Origin: a virus
Lineage: Duplodnaviria > Caudoviricetes
IMG/VR virus record: IMGVR_UViG_3300042549_001429
Span: 933 to 64,932 of that record
DNA length: 64,000 nucleotides
Strand: one strand, 5' to 3'
Shown here: positions 38,329 to 49,620 of the stretch, in pieces
How the letters are laid out: every line of letters begins with the position of its first letter
Position numbering within the stretch: the stretch's first letter is position 1
Translations under genes and position numbers: made by a program
The notes under the pieces: model-generated
Told to the model about the DNA's origin: nothing
The model's input: only the letters and a program-made list of their open reading frames with translations
Database searches by the model: none

Positions 38329-41300
38329 ATGAACGAGTTAGAGAAATTGTATAACGTATTGTTTCGTGAAGGAAAGACATCAAAGTCATTCCAAGAATTT
38401 CAAACTCAATACGCTAATGATAATGCGTATAGAGAGAAGGTTTATGAAGTTGTTCTTAGAGATGGATTTACCGATAAAGACAAAGAAACTTTCTTCTCAG
38501 TGTACAAACCATCGTCTAGTGTTCAGTCACCTGCTGCTCAGTTGCCTGTTGCTGAGGAAATAAAAAAAAAAGAAAGTACTACGGCATTACCATCGGCAGA
38601 TGGTGGATTGGCGCAACAAGGGCCTAAAAACCGTGCTCCATTATTTAAGCCTGAAGGATTTGATAAACAAATGCCTACTGCTGCAGACGCAACCTTCGTC
38701 AAGAAACCTAAGTTAGATTTAGTAGAAAAGAAAGTAGCAACAGCTGTAGATGATAGAGCTCTTGAGGTAGAAAAAAGAAAAGCCGAAGACCTATTTGATA
38801 AGCAGACTGTAAAGCCACGAGTAGACCAAAGCGTTTACTTGAAAGAAAGGCTTTCTAATATCAACAAGAACCTTATTAACAGGGAGGAAGAATACGTTGT
38901 CCCTGAAATGCAGTATCAATTCGGAGACTTAGGATTTAAGTTTGAAGAGACAGGTGCGACCGGTGACTTTATGAAAGTGGTTGCCCCTAATGGTAAAACA
39001 ATAGAAGTGTCTTTAGATAACTTCCTTGACTCATCATCTGAAGCAGAGGCAAACAAGCTACAAAGTTTTATCAAAAACAATACTCCTCAAAAGGGATTGT
39101 TTGTGCTTGAAAAAACAATGAGAGAACAGGACAAAAAGTTCAACTCTCAAAAGCAAGTCGATGATGAGATTAAAAAAATCAACGCAGATGTAACTGCTTT
39201 GAATCAAAAGCAGAAGAACTTTTTATTAAAGAAGACTGCATACGAAAACGAGATAGCAGAGTTAGAAAAGACACCTGCTTCACAAAGGAATACCGAGCAA
39301 TTTAATGCCAAGCTAAATCAGTTAGAGCAGCGAAGAGCTGCAATGACCGAAGAGGTTCAGTCTATTCTTGGTGAAGAGGAAGCAATAAAAAATAAAGGCA
39401 AGGCACTAGATACTTCTGTAGGTAAGTACACTATCGCAAAATCAAAGCAAGGGACTTGGGGTGGAGGTATATGGGATTCGTTTCTTGGTGGTATTGGCAA
39501 GATGGCATCTGCCGCTGCGAGCACCACTATTGATATAATGACAGAGATAGCCCCTGCAGGTTTCGGAATGAGTCCTCAGGATGTTAAAAATGTAACCATT
39601 GAAAAGGCTGCTAAGATTGGCGTTGCTCCTCCTACAGCAAATCAAAATATTGAAGATTGGAAAAAGACATTGACCCCTCAGCAATTGAATGATTGGGAGG
39701 ATGAGATGGATGATTACATAAAAAAATCTTTGAAGAAGGAGGTTCTACCTTCTACTCGTGTTGGTTTAAAAACATTGGCAGGAGACCCTGATACCACGCT
39801 TGAATGGGAGAACCTAAAGAAGCAGGGATTTTGGGGTGGTGCTTTTCTAGGATTAGCAGAATCACTTCCTGCCATGATAGGCGGCTCCGGTCCTGCAGGA
39901 TGGGCTCAGAGAACAGCACAGATGTATGGTCAAGTGTCAGATGGATTGGCTCAAGAGATGGAGAACGACCCTGAGTTTGCAGACATATCAGAGAATGAAA
40001 AGTTAGCAATCACTTTACCAATTGGTATTACCTCTGCTGTGTTAGAAGCTTACGGTTTAAAAAATGTGTTAGCAAGCACCGGTATAATCAACAAAATTAC
40101 AATGTCCGCTTTAGGTAAAGCGGGGAGAGGTGTTGGTGCAAAGTCATTTAGAGAGCTAGTAGAGAACGAGGTTCAGAGTAGATTACTAAAAGGAACATTG
40201 ATTTTAGGGGCAGCAGGTCTTGCTGAAGGTGAGACAGGTGCGCTTCAAGAAGTTTCTGAAACCACATTCAAAGCAATCTACAATGAAATTAAGGGGAAGG
40301 ATATGTTTGAAACCCCTGAATCAGCGTTGGATTTTGTAGAGAATGTTGTTGTGGCAGGAGCGCAAGAAGCCGTTGGTGGATTCGTGTTGGGAGTGCCGTC
40401 TTCTGTAAGTGCCGCTTATAGTGAGAAAGGATTTCTCAAAATGGACGATAATGTCTTCAGGACATTTGAGCTCATGGCTAATGATGAGACACTGCAAAGT
40501 GCTTATATAGCCAAGCTGAAAGAGAAGATTGCGAATGGCGAAATAACCGTAGAAGAAGGTAAGAATAAGTTAAATGACTATCGTAATTCAGTTGGCTTAT
40601 TCAGACAACTACCTGATGGCTTAACCACTCAGCAGAAGAAAGAGGCGATGAATCTTTTGAAAGAGAAAAGAGATTTAGAGCAGTACGTAAACGGTAAAGA
40701 TGCTTCTTTAGTTAGCCGTCAGAAGAATAGAATCAATGCTATCAATGAAGAGCTTACAAAAATATCTGAGCAAGATGGTGGGCAGGTTCAATCAGAGACA
40801 ACTCCTGAGGCTACAAAAAGAAGAGAAAGAATTGTAGAGTTACTCAAGGTGCTCGAAGATGACAATACTGCCATCGAATACGATACCTCAAATAAATTGC
40901 CTTTAGAAGAAAGGAACAAAGTAATTGAAGAAATAAAAACCCTTAAAGCAGAAGAAGATGCCGTTCAAAAGCAAGCAACAAGTCAAGTACCTGTACAGTC
41001 AGGAGCCGGAGTTAGCCAAGAAGTGGCGCAAGGAGAACCCCAAGCAGAACCTCAAGTCGCTACCCAAGAAGGTGTCCAAGAAGAAGTAGTGTCTTCAAAG
41101 ACACGGGTCAACATTGCCCCGTTCTTTAATACAAAAGTTGAGACAGTACAAGAGGCTGAGCAATTAAGACAGGCTCCTGAATACAAGGCGTATAAGGAGA
41201 CCTTGGTTAAACTTGCTGAGCAACTTGGTATCCCGGGTATAATTATTGACGATGTTATCGGTGGTTACAAGAATGAGTCGGGTGAAGAGATTGTAGAAAT

Positions 41301-44300
41301 TTCAAATCAGATTACGTTTGAGAATGCTACCTTAGACCAAGTCGAAGAATATGCGGCTATGATAGCTGCCCTTGCTCCTGAGGTTCAAGAGGCTTCTATT
41401 GCCGCTCAGTATGTAAACGAAGGTGATGCCACGCACAATGCAAACGAGTACCGATTTAAAGTAAACAACATTGACAATGCAATAAAAGCATTGAAGGGGG
41501 CAGGTATAACTGACTTTAGCATAAACGAAAACGATAGCACTGTAACATTTACTGATGTTTTTGACTTCGCAGATGCTCAACTTCAAGATAAAATCGGTAA
41601 GTTTGCAGAGTTATTAGACGAAAATAATACAACTTATGAACAACAGCAATTTAGACCAACCGAATCAAGGTATGTCGACAAGGGAAAGAGGAAAGAAATT
41701 ATTAGAAGAGTTAAGAGCGATGGGGCCCGACCTGAGTCTCGTGGGCAAGGTTTCAATGAGGCCGTTGAGCAGGCAATCCAACGTGACGCAGCCTTCCAAG
41801 GAACAACCTATGAAGAATACTCAGGAGCCAAACCAAAAGGCCCTGCAGCAGGAAACAGACTCTTCAATGAGCCAATCAAGGCAGTTGCGGAAATTGCGAA
41901 TAGATATTATCAACGAGCGTTCGGAACTAAGAGACCTGATTTCAAAGGGACAAGACAGCTCGACAAAGCAAGAGCCAAAAGGATAAGCGATGCCTTTGAT
42001 GCAATGAAGCATTCGCCAAACGACCCTCAGGTTCGTGCGGCATACAATGCTTTGGCTAAAGAAACCATTGCTCAATACCAAGCATTTTTAGATGCAGGCT
42101 ATGTTGTTGAGATAAACAATCAAGAGCCTTATGCAAATTCTCAAGAGATGATTGATGACTTGAGAAACAACAAGCGTATCAAAATATTCTCTACAGAGTC
42201 AGGATTCGGAGATACTCCAATCACTGCTAAGCAAAGAAAAGAAAACCCACTTCTAGCTAAGACTAAGTTTACTGATGTGAACGGGCAGCCTATGCTCGTT
42301 AATGACTTGTTCCGTGCGGTTCACGACTTCTTTGGACACGCTGAGTTAGGCAACTCATTTGGTCCACTAGGAGAAGAGAATGCTTGGAACGTGCACGCAC
42401 GTATGTATTCTCCGTTGGCAAGAAGAGCAATGACCACTGAGACACGTGGTCAAAACTCATACGTAAACTTCTCAGGAATTAACGAAGAGGCTGACAAGAT
42501 AAGAGAGCAATCAAGAAAACTTCGTGAAGAAGGTAAGCTTGAGGAGGCTCTAAAATTAACAGATGAGATTTACGAGAAGACTTCTTTCGCAGACCAAAAG
42601 GTAGGATTACTACCTGAAGAGTTCTCTCAGATAGATGAAGAGGTTGTTGCTGAACCTGTGGCAGAACCGGTGGTAGAAGAAGAGGTAACAGAAGAGTTTG
42701 TTCCTATATCATACGGAGACATTACCGGGGCTGCATTTACCAAGGAAAATGCAATTGACTACGAGGAGGATACTAGAGAAGATACTAACGGAAGACAGTA
42801 CACTTATTTATCATCAATAACCATGGAGGTTGTGGATGGTAATGGGGAAACTGTTGGCACAATCACCAAGCTATCTGATGGAGAGGGATTACTTTCATTC
42901 ACAGCAGAAGACTTAAATGGTCGTACTGTTTTAAAAGGAAAGGAGTTCCCTACACTAAGAGATGCTAAAGTTGCTCTTGCTGAAGTCACCAATAAGATTC
43001 GTCAGAAAGAATTTGATAAGCAGCAGAAGGCTGTTACCAAAGAAAGAGAAGCAGCTAAGTCTAAAGCTGACAAGGCTAAGGCTCGTGAGAAGGCTAAGCA
43101 AAAAGCAAAGGAGCCACAGGTTGAAGAGGAAGTAGTTGAGGAAGTACAAGGCAAGATGGACGAACTTCTTGAGCTTGACCCTAAGCAAAAAGGCACCGGT
43201 CAAAAGATTCTCGATGGTCTTGACAGCATGATTAAAGACATTGAGAAGTTCGAGAAAGGAACTCTTGGTGTCAACATTGCTCTTCCAATAATGAAGGGTA
43301 TCCTTCAAACTATTAGAGCCTTGGTTCAAGCCGGGATGACTTTGCAAGAAGCCATAAAGAAAGCAGCGAAGGACAGCGGTACAACCGTTAAGCAGGTTGT
43401 AAATGGTATCAATGCCATTGGACAGATTGCTCCTATACAAGAAGCATACGATGCGCTGATGGCTAAAGCGGATGCATTAATCGCCCGTCAGAAGTCAAGG
43501 GGTATTGCTGACAAGAAGATTGTGTCCAACTTGGATACAATGATTCGTAACTCAGATGTCTACAAGAATGCCACTGATGCACAGCGTAAGATTATGGAGC
43601 GTGAGGCACGAGTGAAGATGGGTGTCGGTCCACGTAAGGCCGCATCAATCGGACGTGTTATTGGTGTTCTGAAAGACATTACAAACGTATCAAGACAAGA
43701 GAAGCTACAAATCATATCAAGGATTCGTGAGCTGTCAAGAGATGTAGCAAAGGATTTGGCTCAGGAGATTAAAGACCTAGCTAAAGAAGGCAAGATTACT
43801 GCTGTTCAAGCGGCTAATGTTATTGCTAGATTTGGTAATGTCAATCTATTAAATGAGATGTCTGTGTCCAATTTTGTGGACTACATGGCTAAGGTTTTTG
43901 CTGATGCTGATTACGATAATAAAATTAAGGGGGCTAGAAGTAAGATTGCAAAAGCAAGAAATAACATAGCCACTAAGATTGGTATCGCTGATGGGCTAAT
44001 GCTTCCATTACAGAAACTATTTTCAATTAACCCTGAGCTTATACCGGACGCACAACTTGAGCGCTACCTAGAGCTTCTTAAAATGTTTTCTGCAAGTGAC
44101 GCTGTTCTCACGCTTGAAAATAAGGTTGCTGTCAAGAAAGATGTAGACGCTATCCTTAAAGATATTGACGCAGAGCAATCAAAGGCTGATGAGTTGGCTG
44201 AGATATTTAGTAATTCTAAGAACCAAGTATTTAATGATGAGGGTGATTTAGATTACGCTGCATCATTAAAGAAGATGGTTAAGGAAGGAGATATAACAGA

Positions 44301-47300
44301 AGAGGATGCTGAACTTATGCGTAAGTATAAGCAAGATATAATCCCTCAGGTTGAACCTACTCCATTGAGTGACGAAGAGATTGCAAAAAAGAAAGAAGAG
44401 CAAATTGCTGATTTGAAAAAAGCCAAGGTAGTAACCGATGGCCTTCCATCAAGAGATGAGAATAGACTAGCAAAGAGATTGGCTGATTTGATTGCAAATA
44501 CTTCAAAGGAAGACTTAATGAAGTTGAGTCTTACTGACCTAAAGAATTTGTTGAAAGTAGTTAACAACATAAACAATGGATACCTCCCTCACTATGCACA
44601 AATAATGGTGGAGAAAATCAATGCCATTAAATACGGTAAAATTCTTGCAGCTGCAATTAAAGCGGCCAAGCCTTTAAAGTTCTCTGAACTATACTCAAGG
44701 TTTAAGGCTGCTATTATTCGTAGTCAGAAGGGTGGTATTGCTGAGATGGTTAGAAGAAACCCTCTCTACTATATTGACCAAGTATTCGGTGACTTCAAAA
44801 CTAAAAACATATTTGAGGCACTGTTTGAGCAGACCGCAGAAGCTGAAGCGAACTTCAAAGCTGAACTTAAAAAGGTTCAAACCATATTGGAAAAGGCTGA
44901 AGCAAAAGTTGCCAAGTCTTTCAATCTAAACCCTGACGAGACTTTGATGTCTAAGTTCAAGATGATGACCTATATGATTCAGCTTGAGTATGAGTCAAAC
45001 AAAGGTAGCGAACAGGTTAACCCTGCTGCCGCTTACCTTAGGGAGACCATCAAACATATTGACGGAGGTAAGTCAAGATTCGGTGAGCGTGATGCCAATA
45101 TGCTCCAAGATATACTTACCAATTATTCTAAAGATGGAGAGATAGATAATGAAAAACTATTCAACTCTTTCAACCAAGCCGAGAAGGATGCTATCAGTGA
45201 TATTAGGAAGGTCAACGAGTCTTTGAAAGATAAGGCTCAGTACACTGCTGCGATTATTCGTGGTGATGCTATCGACCCATTAAATAACTACGTACACTTG
45301 AATGTGCTTCACGATACGGAGCCGCTCGATGTAAGTGCTGCTACTGACTTCTTGAACCAAGCAAACAACTCACGTAGACCATCAACAAAAGCTAAGTCTT
45401 TAATATCAAGAACTAAAGGCGCTAAGCCTTTGAACTTCGATGTATTTGCTTCTGCTCAGCGTGGCGCTAAGTTTGTCATATTGGATTACAACTTGACCGA
45501 GCCTATCCGTACTGCACGCAGAACAATGAATCAGGCTACTGCTGAATTAGAAGAGCAGGGAAGAATACCTAAGATGCAGAGGGATGTTAAGAACGCAATT
45601 GACGGAGCGTTTGAGGAAGCAGTAAGCAATCTACTTACTAACTCTATACTTCAGAACTCACTTGCTGACGAGGCGATTGACTTTATAAGCAAGCAAGGGT
45701 ATCGTGCAGTTCTTGCAGGTACAGGAAGGTTTGCTGCGGAATTAACCTCAAACATTTCTTATGCGATATTAGCAGACCCGAAGGCATTCACTACAGGTGC
45801 AAAGTATAAAGGTTTGATTATGTCAACGCTTGCTCCTGCTATCATGGAGAATGTAGGAAGCAAGCAGACCAACAGGATATTCCCTAACACCACATTGTCA
45901 GGAAGTTTTGTTGATACCTCTATCCTAAGCCAAGCAACAGGCATTCAAGGCACGAGCTCAAAGAATCCTGTGCTCAACAAGATGCAGCAGATATACAACC
46001 TTACAGGTAAAAAGTATCAGAATGTTATCGAGTTGACTGCAGATACTTTAATCTCTACTCCGGATAAACTCGTGATGAGACCGATGTGGTTTGGTGCATT
46101 TGCTAATGAGTTTAAAAAGGCATCAGGCAGTGAGGTTGACTTCGATAAGATAGCAGCAAACGACAAGGCTTATATGGATGCCAATCAAGATGCAATCCAA
46201 AAGGCCAAGAGAGCAGCAGACCAAAAGTCAGTGATGACAGGTGCTACAGACAATGCCTTTATGGGAATCCTAAAAGGAACTGTAAAGCCTAATCAAAGTT
46301 TCTCATCAAGAGCGTTCAATAACTTCAACAACTACATGACTCGCTTCTTGATATTTGAATATGTTACTGCACGTACAGCCATTTATGCAATGGTTGGAGA
46401 CGGCTCATTATCTAAGCGTCAGGGAGCCGCAATGCTCGCTGCTGTAGCCACACGTATGACTGTGTACACATTGCTTTCTCAGATGATGGCAAATGGTATC
46501 ATGGGATTGTTTGGAATAGGAGACGATGAAGAGGAGGATGAAAAATCATTGATGCAAAAAATCGGTCAGTCTCTTACAGGTACATTTACTTCGCTATTGA
46601 TTGGTCGTGACTTTGGTAATGCCACTAAGTTGGTAATCAACTATGGTCTTGAGGAAATCAATGAGAAGCACCTTGACTTCCTAAGAGAAGGAGAGTACGA
46701 CCCATACAAAGATGGAATCGCTTACTCAATAATTCCAAGAGAGGACAGACCTGATGATAACTTGGGCAACCTTCTTATGAATATGACCGGTTCACTTGGC
46801 CCGGCATACAACACCGCTAATCTTATTTACAAAAACAGAAATAGGATTGTAACGGGAGAGACAGAGAAGAAAGAACTTGATGCTATTGAAAGAGAAGACC
46901 GAACAGTTAAAGAACGTATCCCACTAGAACTCTTAGGAAACTTTGGTTTGATTCCTTTTTACAAGGATGTAAAGAAGATGGTAAATAAATCAATCTACGC
47001 AAGCATCAAAGAAGCAGAGAGAGTAGCAGAGAGAAACAAGCGAAGAGATACTGACTTGCTTGGTGGATACGAGAATAAGACTGACCTCAAACGCTATAAT
47101 CCTGAGCTATACGAGAAGAACTTTGGTGAAGGGTCAGAATGGTACGAGTCAACCAAAGAAGAGCGTGAGGCTAAAGAAAAAGAGGCCAAGGAGGAACAGA
47201 AGATAAAAGACAGGATGAACAACTATACTCCTGAAGGTGAAGGTGGCTTTGGCTCCGCAGGATTTGGAAAAAAGAAAAGCAAGAAGAAAGGTTCAGGTGG

Positions 47301-47334
47301 AGGCTTTAAGGCTAAGAAGTTTGGAGGCGACTAA
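38329..47334 (+). CDS. Giant internal virion/ejection (polyvalent) protein
   Basis: 3001 aa, helical, G/A-rich hydrophobic stretches, FRAVHDFFGH..GEENAW..ETRGQNS domain. Confidence 0.7.
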   Translation: MNELEKLYNVLFREGKTSKSFQEFQTQYANDNAYREKVYEVVLRDGFTDKDKETFFSVYKPSSSVQSPAAQLPVAEEIKKKESTTALPSADGGLAQQGPKNRAPLFKPEGFDKQMPTAADATFVKKPKLDLVEKKVATAVDDRALEVEKRKAEDLFDKQTVKPRVDQSVYLKERLSNINKNLINREEEYVVPEMQYQFGDLGFKFEETGATGDFMKVVAPNGKTIEVSLDNFLDSSSEAEANKLQSFIKNNTPQKGLFVLEKTMREQDKKFNSQKQVDDEIKKINADVTALNQKQKNFLLKKTAYENEIAELEKTPASQRNTEQFNAKLNQLEQRRAAMTEEVQSILGEEEAIKNKGKALDTSVGKYTIAKSKQGTWGGGIWDSFLGGIGKMASAAASTTIDIMTEIAPAGFGMSPQDVKNVTIEKAAKIGVAPPTANQNIEDWKKTLTPQQLNDWEDEMDDYIKKSLKKEVLPSTRVGLKTLAGDPDTTLEWENLKKQGFWGGAFLGLAESLPAMIGGSGPAGWAQRTAQMYGQVSDGLAQEMENDPEFADISENEKLAITLPIGITSAVLEAYGLKNVLASTGIINKITMSALGKAGRGVGAKSFRELVENEVQSRLLKGTLILGAAGLAEGETGALQEVSETTFKAIYNEIKGKDMFETPESALDFVENVVVAGAQEAVGGFVLGVPSSVSAAYSEKGFLKMDDNVFRTFELMANDETLQSAYIAKLKEKIANGEITVEEGKNKLNDYRNSVGLFRQLPDGLTTQQKKEAMNLLKEKRDLEQYVNGKDASLVSRQKNRINAINEELTKISEQDGGQVQSETTPEATKRRERIVELLKVLEDDNTAIEYDTSNKLPLEERNKVIEEIKTLKAEEDAVQKQATSQVPVQSGAGVSQEVAQGEPQAEPQVATQEGVQEEVVSSKTRVNIAPFFNTKVETVQEAEQLRQAPEYKAYKETLVKLAEQLGIPGIIIDDVIGGYKNESGEEIVEISNQITFENATLDQVEEYAAMIAALAPEVQEASIAAQYVNEGDATHNANEYRFKVNNIDNAIKALKGAGITDFSINENDSTVTFTDVFDFADAQLQDKIGKFAELLDENNTTYEQQQFRPTESRYVDKGKRKEIIRRVKSDGARPESRGQGFNEAVEQAIQRDAAFQGTTYEEYSGAKPKGPAAGNRLFNEPIKAVAEIANRYYQRAFGTKRPDFKGTRQLDKARAKRISDAFDAMKHSPNDPQVRAAYNALAKETIAQYQAFLDAGYVVEINNQEPYANSQEMIDDLRNNKRIKIFSTESGFGDTPITAKQRKENPLLAKTKFTDVNGQPMLVNDLFRAVHDFFGHAELGNSFGPLGEENAWNVHARMYSPLARRAMTTETRGQNSYVNFSGINEEADKIREQSRKLREEGKLEEALKLTDEIYEKTSFADQKVGLLPEEFSQIDEEVVAEPVAEPVVEEEVTEEFVPISYGDITGAAFTKENAIDYEEDTREDTNGRQYTYLSSITMEVVDGNGETVGTITKLSDGEGLLSFTAEDLNGRTVLKGKEFPTLRDAKVALAEVTNKIRQKEFDKQQKAVTKEREAAKSKADKAKAREKAKQKAKEPQVEEEVVEEVQGKMDELLELDPKQKGTGQKILDGLDSMIKDIEKFEKGTLGVNIALPIMKGILQTIRALVQAGMTLQEAIKKAAKDSGTTVKQVVNGINAIGQIAPIQEAYDALMAKADALIARQKSRGIADKKIVSNLDTMIRNSDVYKNATDAQRKIMEREARVKMGVGPRKAASIGRVIGVLKDITNVSRQEKLQIISRIRELSRDVAKDLAQEIKDLAKEGKITAVQAANVIARFGNVNLLNEMSVSNFVDYMAKVFADADYDNKIKGARSKIAKARNNIATKIGIADGLMLPLQKLFSINPELIPDAQLERYLELLKMFSASDAVLTLENKVAVKKDVDAILKDIDAEQSKADELAEIFSNSKNQVFNDEGDLDYAASLKKMVKEGDITEEDAELMRKYKQDIIPQVEPTPLSDEEIAKKKEEQIADLKKAKVVTDGLPSRDENRLAKRLADLIANTSKEDLMKLSLTDLKNLLKVVNNINNGYLPHYAQIMVEKINAIKYGKILAAAIKAAKPLKFSELYSRFKAAIIRSQKGGIAEMVRRNPLYYIDQVFGDFKTKNIFEALFEQTAEAEANFKAELKKVQTILEKAEAKVAKSFNLNPDETLMSKFKMMTYMIQLEYESNKGSEQVNPAAAYLRETIKHIDGGKSRFGERDANMLQDILTNYSKDGEIDNEKLFNSFNQAEKDAISDIRKVNESLKDKAQYTAAIIRGDAIDPLNNYVHLNVLHDTEPLDVSAATDFLNQANNSRRPSTKAKSLISRTKGAKPLNFDVFASAQRGAKFVILDYNLTEPIRTARRTMNQATAELEEQGRIPKMQRDVKNAIDGAFEEAVSNLLTNSILQNSLADEAIDFISKQGYRAVLAGTGRFAAELTSNISYAILADPKAFTTGAKYKGLIMSTLAPAIMENVGSKQTNRIFPNTTLSGSFVDTSILSQATGIQGTSSKNPVLNKMQQIYNLTGKKYQNVIELTADTLISTPDKLVMRPMWFGAFANEFKKASGSEVDFDKIAANDKAYMDANQDAIQKAKRAADQKSVMTGATDNAFMGILKGTVKPNQSFSSRAFNNFNNYMTRFLIFEYVTARTAIYAMVGDGSLSKRQGAAMLAAVATRMTVYTLLSQMMANGIMGLFGIGDDEEEDEKSLMQKIGQSLTGTFTSLLIGRDFGNATKLVINYGLEEINEKHLDFLREGEYDPYKDGIAYSIIPREDRPDDNLGNLLMNMTGSLGPAYNTANLIYKNRNRIVTGETEKKELDAIEREDRTVKERIPLELLGNFGLIPFYKDVKKMVNKSIYASIKEAERVAERNKRRDTDLLGGYENKTDLKRYNPELYEKNFGEGSEWYESTKEEREAKEKEAKEEQKIKDRMNNYTPEGEGGFGSAGFGKKKSKKKGSGGGFKAKKFGGD
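41089..41104. repeat. 16-bp palindromic motif copy, intragenic
   Basis: GTGTCTTCAAAGACAC. Confidence 0.9.
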
Positions 47335-47744
47335 ACGTGCCTCACATACTTCATCTCCTTCTGCTTATCATAGTAGACCATTAACTCAGCGTCATTAAAC
47401 GAACCATCACGGGGAGGGCGACCTCCCCATTTAACTTCTCCTCTTAGTTTGTTGGCCTGACCGTATATGATTCCATCATCACAAGCCCATATCAAAACAG
47501 GAGTAATCCTTTTGTCTATTAGTTTGACCAACTTCCTTGCCGATACAGGCAGAGGGTATGCCAACTTCATTGACCTGAGTCTGCCCTTTACTTCTGCGTA
47601 TGCTATCAAGTTGTTGTCCTTGTCGAACACTTTGTAGTCGATGTCCTGAGGGTCTAGTTTTTTGTAAGACCCTCCAAAAATACTGACGAACAACTCGATT
47701 GCTTTCTTCTCTCTTAATAAGTCTGTTTCTGTTTCAAAAATCAT
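47331..47744 (-). CDS. PD-(D/E)XK-type endonuclease
   Basis: E..DIDY..YAEVKGR. Confidence 0.6.
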   Translation of the reverse strand: MIFETETDLLREKKAIELFVSIFGGSYKKLDPQDIDYKVFDKDNNLIAYAEVKGRLRSMKLAYPLPVSARKLVKLIDKRITPVLIWACDDGIIYGQANKLRGEVKWGGRPPRDGSFNDAELMVYYDKQKEMKYVRHV

Positions 47745-47928
47745 CTTCTTCTATTGACTTTAAAATTAAACGTAGGTCTACGATTATGTCTCTGATGTCC
47801 TTTTCTGCGGGCTTAAAGTCCCTGTCCACAAGGTTCTCGTAGATGTTTGCTAACAACAAATGGTTTTGATTTATTCTAAAAGATATACGCTCCGCCCGGG
47901 CGTTCTCTTTCTTCAGGTAGTTCTCCAT
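47734..47928 (-). CDS. Hypothetical protein
   Basis: 64 aa ORF in operon. Confidence 0.6.
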   Translation of the reverse strand: MENYLKKENARAERISFRINQNHLLLANIYENLVDRDFKPAEKDIRDIIVDLRLILKSIEEDDF

Positions 47929-48424
47929 AGTCTATCATTCCGTTAAACATTAAATTTATTTTCTTGTAGACGAGGAACTCTTTACCAATCGGTGTGCGAT
48001 AATCAATCATGTCAATTATGTTTTTAATTCTCTCGTACTTTTCTATCTTTTTATTTAGCCTTTCTCTGTCCAAAAGTAGTTCATCAATCCTTACTTTTAG
48101 ACTAACAATGTTCTTATTTTCTTCATCAATGGTTTCAGTGACTACATTACCAAAGGCATTCTTACAATGGACATACTTCTCTGCCATTCCATCTGTGTAT
48201 TTAATCATGTCGTCCACGTCATACATATAGTGCACTATTGATGAGTGGTCTTTCTTCAAGTACCTTCCTATCTCTGAGCGAGTATATCCTCTGTCGCTAA
48301 GTATCTTGGAAAATATCTTACGAGCGTTTACCGCTTCTCTCTTGTTTGTTTTCTTTACTATCTCTACTTTAAATGCTTCTGAAACAATAGTCCTTAACAC
48401 ATCCATTTCGTATGTACTATTCAT
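47876..48424 (-). CDS. DnaA domain-IV-like HTH protein
   Basis: VNARKIF..SEIGRYLKKDHSSIVH resembles the DnaA IG..F..DHTTV motif. Confidence 0.7.
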   Translation of the reverse strand: MNSTYEMDVLRTIVSEAFKVEIVKKTNKREAVNARKIFSKILSDRGYTRSEIGRYLKKDHSSIVHYMYDVDDMIKYTDGMAEKYVHCKNAFGNVVTETIDEENKNIVSLKVRIDELLLDRERLNKKIEKYERIKNIIDMIDYRTPIGKEFLVYKKINLMFNGMIDYGELPEERERPGGAYIF

Positions 48425-48668
48425 GTTTTTCTCCTTTATAGATTTCAACTTTAATTCCATGAGCTCCTAGCTCTTTTAATCGGTACTCCTGCAGCTTAGA
48501 AACTTTCCCTGTTGGTCTCTTGACTTCAATGAATATAACGTCAGAGTCCTTTGGTATGGCTATCAGGTCAGGGATGCCATTCTTGTTGGTGTTAATCAAC
48601 TTGATTACGTAATATCCCTGAGCCTCTAACTCTTTAATTTTCTTTGTCTGTATCTGCTGCTCTGTCAT
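48417..48668 (-). CDS. VRR-NUC domain nuclease
   Basis: MTEQQIQ..GIPDLI..FIEVK..GKVS.LQ. Confidence 0.85.
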   Translation of the reverse strand: MTEQQIQTKKIKELEAQGYYVIKLINTNKNGIPDLIAIPKDSDVIFIEVKRPTGKVSKLQEYRLKELGAHGIKVEIYKGEKHE

Positions 48669-48973
48669 ACCTCTATTGACTTTGTTTCTTTCAACAACTC
48701 TTTGATTGACATATTCACCTGAGTACATTCTTTAATGAACTCTATAAGCCGCTCTAGGTCCTCAGCCCTGAAGGCAAACCTATTTGCTAAAAAGAAACCA
48801 TAAGGCTTACAGCTTTCGTCCAAATCAATCTCGTCAATTTGAACGGCCAATTGTTTTTGTGGTAGAACAACCAATGTGAATATCACGGTGTACTCCTTCC
48901 CTTCCTTTATCCACTTGTGTGCAGGGATTCTGCTTGGTTTTTCTTTGTCATTGATGCAGATACACTTAATCAT
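48665..48973 (-). CDS. Hypothetical protein
   Basis: 102 aa ORF in operon. Confidence 0.7.
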   Translation of the reverse strand: MIKCICINDKEKPSRIPAHKWIKEGKEYTVIFTLVVLPQKQLAVQIDEIDLDESCKPYGFFLANRFAFRAEDLERLIEFIKECTQVNMSIKELLKETKSIEV

Positions 48974-49620
48974 TTTTCCGTTTCGTTTATTTCGTTTATG
49001 TCATAGTAAAAAGAATTTCCGTTTGCGCTAACCCACCGGTCGCTTTCTGCCTCCACGCACTGCAGCTCTGTGTCCACCTTGAACTCTTTAGGTTCCACGG
49101 GAAACGTATTGGTTATGAAGTTAGAGTCCTTCCAATAAATCCTGTTGTTCGGTTGGCACAGCAGGTACCCCTCGTCAGCCAATAGGATGTGGCCACACTT
49201 GTAGTCGGTAGGCTCGTCAGAGTACGGATTGTTGAACCAATCCACGGTGAGCAGGTACGTTGCCCACACGAGCGTCTTGTCCTTGAGTATCACCTTGCAT
49301 CGTTTCTCTGCTAGATATAAGTACTCAATCACGCTCACGTTCTCGCTGAAGCAATCCCACAACTGCTTGAAGTCGCTCGGGATGTCGTTGGTTGGCTCGT
49401 GGAAGAACAACTCTGAGATAGGCACACGGCTCCTGAGCATCCCATAGTCGGTCATAATGTGGAAGGTTAGAATCTTCCCCGCCACACTCTGAATAGCGAA
49501 TGCGTAGCAGTTGTCGTAGGTCTTGTGGTCTTCCTCTTTCTTGGTCAACCAACTCCTGCGAACTTTTAACTTTAGGTTGGGGATGTTGGCATTCAAAACA
49601 TTCTGTTCGTTAGTTATCAT
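48970..49620 (-). CDS. Conserved hypothetical phage protein
   Basis: QLWDCFS..YLLTVDW..KCGH..QPNNRI motif. Confidence 0.7.
   Translation of the reverse strand: MITNEQNVLNANIPNLKLKVRRSWLTKKEEDHKTYDNCYAFAIQSVAGKILTFHIMTDYGMLRSRVPISELFFHEPTNDIPSDFKQLWDCFSENVSVIEYLYLAEKRCKVILKDKTLVWATYLLTVDWFNNPYSDEPTDYKCGHILLADEGYLLCQPNNRIYWKDSNFITNTFPVEPKEFKVDTELQCVEAESDRWVSANGNSFYYDINEINETEK

Noticed and set aside
38329-47334. crAss-type virion RNA polymerase
   Set aside because: No DxDxD catalytic motif seen; host-type TAnnTTTG promoters precede both early and late genes
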